Below, piece by piece: positions 59,204 to 64,000 of a stretch of 64,000 bases of DNA; the first letter of the stretch is position 1, and every line of letters starts with the position of its first letter. Location: assembly GCF_964355755.1 (NCBI RefSeq), contig NC_092679.1, positions 21,063,432-21,127,431 on the forward strand, in the 5' to 3' direction. The position numbers were made by a program, and so were the translations under genes. The stretch is from Antedon mediterranea (Eukaryota > Animalia > Echinodermata). The notes under the pieces were generated by a model that did no database searches, had not been told where the DNA came from, and was given only the letters and a program-made list of their open reading frames with translations.

Positions 59204-62200
59204 AGTGAAGAATTGAAATAGGTTTCTGAAAAGAAATCCATACAAATGATATAAACAAAATACAATTATGCAATAATCAACATGAAATTCAACAAAATCA
59301 ATGAAAATTGATTGATTGTGAACCCAGATAGAGTTCTACTGACTTGGAACTCGATAGCAATCCACTTTGGAACGGTCTATCTCAAGTGATACCTACAGTT
59401 TGGTAACATTCGTTCATTGAAAAACAGAAGGCGCCACACATGCAAAGCGTAAAACCCCAATATTATATTTTATATACTTTATATATCAATCAATCAATCA
59501 ATATCAAAATTAATGATATACAAAATAAATCATGAGTGACACATTTTGTCAGTAAAAGTAATAATCAATAAAGAAAGGTTTTAACAAATAATAAAATAAA
59601 TAAAATATAAATATGATTTAACATAAAAATAATGTTCAGTAATTATAGTATTAATTTAAGTATACTATGTGTTAAAAAAATAATATTAAAGAGGATACAA
59701 AAGCAGAATATTACGAAGAAAAAAAGGTAGAAGATGTATAAAAAAGTATGACATTGAATGAATAAAGGTGGTGGTTAACCATGAAAGATAAAAAAAAAAA
59801 TACAACTTAAGCCAGGCTACTGGCCAACAATACTGTGCTTGGAGGTATATAGTAAAAACAAAATCAAAGAAACTTACCAAGTTAGTGTTGAGATGTGAAT
59901 TGTAGATGTGCTGAAAGCTGAATGCTGAATGTGGAATCTTATTGTGCTTTTATACATTTCAACCCATTTGATGTTACCGTCCGTCAGGTGATTTCCAACA
60001 TTTCGTCATATCATTAATATTTTATTAATTTAAAAATCAAATCTTATGATGACATTAATTGTAAAGAAAATGTTATCAAGATAAATATATAACCGATCTT
60101 CTATCTTTATGATGTAGACACAGTGGTCCTTATGGTAACATTAAAAAAATATTACCGACTGAAGAATAACAATCATAAAACATAACGATGTAACCTTATC
60201 ATTTCTCTCCTTGTATCTTTTCAATTTGATTGATTTAAAGATATAGGTGGTAGTAGGGGTAATAGGCGATATCAGACCATTTCTGTTGAGTGTGGTGTGT
60301 ATCTAGCCGCCAATATAACTTTACCCAGTAATCCCGTGCCCTTTGTAATTACATTCGTGGTTAATTATTCTCATAAACTTTTGGGCGACATCAACATCCT
60401 ATAACACATAACTATCAAGGCAAACTCAGACAGCGTCGTACGACAAGGCCCGACAAACGTCTTGACTCGTCGGTGCTGTCTGTCGTCTTGAGATAGCGTC
60501 GGGGTAGTCTTTAGGTCGTCTCGAGAACTTTAAATATGTTTAATTTTCTCCCGACGAGATGACTTGTCTATTTACTCCTTTTAAACCTGGTTTCCACTAG
60601 AGACGCAACACAGCGTAAGTGATTTGACCAATCACAGGTGATTGAGCATCCACACTGTCGCTTGTGATTGGTCAAATCACTTTTGAGTAAGTTTTTCCAA
60701 ATTTAGTCGGGAATTTAGTATAGAAAACTATCACTTTTATTTGTCACCTGTTGGCAAAATAATACTTTCTTTTTCTGTTTTTGGTATTTCATAAAAATTA
60801 GTCTTGCATATTTAATAGTTATACGATATGGTGTTTGATATGCATAATTATTAAACTATAATTATTATTACGTTGCGCTTACGTCCTTGCGTTGCGTCTC
60901 TAGTGGGAACCAAGCATAACACATTGTTTTGTTGTTACGTCCAGGCCTCCGTGTTGTTGATTAAGACACAGTACCGAGAATTGGCTGCCTATGATAAATA
61001 TGTATCTGGGAGGGTGGTAAATAATGTTCTGACCTCAGGACTATGCTATTGTACTGTCTTGTTTTAGAAAACTAAAATATTATGTTTTCCCTGGCATCTG
61101 CCTAGTTGTGAAGAATTCGGTAAAAATTGTTTCCAAATAAGACCTGAAAGTGCTAAGAAACACTGAATCGATTATTCTACCAGATTCGGTTCTAAAACTG
61201 TTTACATCAAACTAGTTTGACAAAAAAAAACGTGTGGTGTTCCCAAATATGGTAGTGATATGACATCATCACATCAATATATGGGCACAAGTTTGTTTGT
61301 TAAGTTTTGTCTTATAACCAAAGCTAGAACTGAATCTGATAGAATTCTTTTTTAAAGTTATTTATAATATTTGTTGTGTTATTCGGATATTTAATATTTG
61401 GGCCTACTGTTTTGCTGTTGTTAGGTTGTGTTGGAGCTCTATAGAAGAAGAAATCCATATTTCTGCCAACAAAATACAGAATTAGGCTAATATCAGTATT
61501 TCATTTTACAAAGCGTTGGATTCGCCACTAAACAATCTTTGAACGTGTAGATTTTATCCAGTTAAAAAAGAAATAATATAAAGATAAACCAGGGACCAAA
61601 AAACCACAAACAAACAAAAAACGGTCATGGTGCAGAGCTCAGTACAAGGTGAATTCTGATACCACTCTTCAAAACGGTCTCATAACTCCGAATGACTAAT
61701 CCGATCCGAACCCATTTTACTGATAAAGATCACGTATCAACCTATAAAATGTTATAAAGATCAAAGAATATATCAAAGTGTTATTATATAATGATGATCA
61801 AATGATATCAACGCATACTTTGAATTCGATCGGTGTCATCGTGTTTATGGTAATAAAATCAACGTATTAATTATAATAACATTATCGTTACATAAACCAA
61901 CAATTTACTTGATAATTACACGTCTAATAGATTTATTAGTCTGTTATAAAAAGGTGTAATGAGCCGGATTTCGGTACATGAAAGACCCATATATCGTATA
62001 TAAGCCTCCGCGTATCAGTCGATAAAGTCACACCAATTTGAACCGACAAGCAACTTGCAGTCTTATTCCACTCTTCTGTAACTTTGGTAAGTTTTGAATT
62101 ATTATTCGGAATTTCAGCAATGGTATTAAGTCATGGTTTTTGTTTGTTAAGTTTTAGTAACACTAGAAATTAGTTTTGTGTCGAGTGCGACTGTTAGTCT

Positions 62201-62501
62201 ATGCTCTAAGCACAGTGACTTGCAGTATCGTGTTATTTCCACGCCTGTGACGTCACTGTTATTGTGTTTGCAAGAATGCTTGCTTGCTATCTTTCCTTTA
62301 GAACTCTACACATACTGGAAAAATCAAATACGATTTTAAGTTGAAGGCGCGCATGCATAGGAACTCTCCCTTTCTCGAAATAATAATAGATTATAACTCC
62401 CCTACCTTAAATCAGCAAAGTGTTTGTTTGATGTATCTATAATGACAACATTTTATCAATAATGTTTCATACACTCCAGATAACCAACCAACCACTACAT
62501 C

Positions 62502-62894
62502 ATGCCTGGTAACTTTAATGGAACCTGGAGCCTCGCCAAGAGCGAAGGTCTCTCAGCACTTCTTGATGCCGTCAAAGTTCCAGCAGAAAAGAGGCCATCT
62601 GACGACAACGCTACTGTATCCATCACCCAAAGTGGTGACAGCTTCACCATCAAGACTACCACGGCTGCTGGAACACGAGAAGCTAAATTCTCCATCGGTA
62701 CACCATTTGTAGATGCAGACATCAAGCAACTGAGAGGCAAAGACATTGAAGTCACACCAGAATGGAACGGAGACAAGTTGGTAATGAAGGGACAAGGTGG
62801 CAACTCGTTGACCCGTGAGATCGTTGGTGGACAGATGGTCGTGACCTTTGACTTCGGTGGCGTCTCTGCAAAGAGATTCTTCAACAAAGCCTAG
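62502..62894 (+). CDS. FABP: FABP copy 4, 130 aa, intronless CDS, divergent from copy 3
   Basis: MPGNFNGTWS...KRFFNKA; 106/130 aa identical to copy 3 by manual alignment. Acceptor before 62480; UTR-exon donor TTG|GTAAGT at 62086; TATATAA at 61997-62003. Confidence 0.92.
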   Translation: MPGNFNGTWSLAKSEGLSALLDAVKVPAEKRPSDDNATVSITQSGDSFTIKTTTAAGTREAKFSIGTPFVDADIKQLRGKDIEVTPEWNGDKLVMKGQGGNSLTREIVGGQMVVTFDFGGVSAKRFFNKA

Positions 62895-64000
62895 ACGAAT
62901 CCAAATATTCGTGAAGATGTACATGAAAAAATTGTTGTCAGAGAGAACAGAATGAAAAAACATCAAACGAAAAAGTTATTTAAAAAAAAACTAAAAAAAA
63001 AGAGGAAAAATTTAGGTGTTTCAATAAACTGTGTGTTCTGAAGATAAATAATTGTAGTTCTGTAACAATAAACCGTTTAAAATACTAGGTCACTACCTAC
63101 ATGGTTAATATTATTGTAATTTTGGCGTAAAGCTAAAAACAGAAGACATGTTTATTTGTAATAATTAAAAATGATCTGAAGATTTGAAAATAAAAGTTGA
63201 TTAATCTTGGTTGGTATCGATATTATGTTTATTTTATTTTCTTACGACATTATGTGTAGAATGATGATGATAATGATTATAATATGCTGACGAATAGACA
63301 GAAGACGTTTTATTATGAACATTTGGTTGTCTGGATGAAGTGCGAAAGATATATAATAAACTTTCACGTCCTTATTCACTTTTGGCGTACCATACGTAAC
63401 GTTTATACAGCGCCACCAATAAATAGTCGAGAGTCTTCTTGCTTCTTGTCGAACAAAAAAAACACAAAGAGAAAAAAAGACGCTGAATGAATGAAAGAAA
63501 CAGAATAACAAAAGAATTGTTATTACAAATGTAAATTTGAAGATGGATTTATCAATCAAAAGAAATACTGAAATAGAAAATGAGAATCAGGTTTGTCAGT
63601 ATATTCGTTAGATTCTTTAGTTTTAGGTTCAAAGCTAGGCTCAATAAACTTGCCACCGGTAACGCGATGAACGACCTAGCGAGAGAGCATACGACCCTAT
63701 AAGTCAGCTTCCTTGACTCAGGCCTAGCATTGGTAAATAAACGGACACATGTTATGTTGGAACTCAGCGTTCTGTTTTGTTGTGAATAAACCATAAAGCC
63801 ACAATGTATGCTATTTTACCAATTAAATACATAATTATTATCTATAATCAATATTACTTGCACATTATTATTATTATTATTTTATAATATTAAATAATAT
63901 ATATTATTTATTAATTTACAGTTTTAAGGTTATAATTTCTTTTTATTAATTATTGTTTTTTTAAACCTTCTGTTAGCCAACTCTTGTGCCCACAACCATA

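Noticed and set aside
58811-59245. 144-aa N-terminally extended FABP3 (and the similar 46760-47071 extension)
   Set aside because: The extensions read through the polypyrimidine tract and acceptor of the 5' UTR intron. The real starts are at 59203 and 46984.
49507-62966. Long antisense ORFs over the FABP genes (49507-49929, 58818-59216, 62495-62887, 62553-62966) and over SLC3 exons
   Set aside because: Shadow frames of real coding sequence caused by codon bias; no independent features.

Overview
AT-rich, intron-containing animal genomic DNA. Spliceosomal GT-AG genes, MITEs, LINE and SINE debris and a very frequent TAGGCCTA motif suggest an invertebrate deuterostome such as an echinoderm (inference). 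Positions 1-14.3 kb contain no supportable exons, only repeat debris. Positions 14.4-44.2 kb hold three paralogous SLC3 heavy-chain genes (single TM helix, extracellular Cys, GH13 alpha-glucosidase-like ectodomain), all lacking the catalytic nucleophile. Gene A (minus, 11 coding exons, 658 aa) is rBAT/SLC3A1-like. Gene B (plus) is head-to-head with A, and its last exon is interrupted by a young 1075-bp MITE. Gene C (plus, 656 aa) has a 4F2hc/SLC3A2-like N-terminus, keeps domain B, and carries an RRRR furin-type site plus a mucin-like insert inside the TIM barrel. Positions 46-63 kb hold four FABP genes, three with intronless CDS, and a possible relic of a fifth. Between them lies a nested TE stack: a CR1-type LINE containing a Harbinger MITE that itself contains another MITE, plus a Rex1/Babar tail. 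All exon coordinates were read by hand from splice sites and frame continuity.
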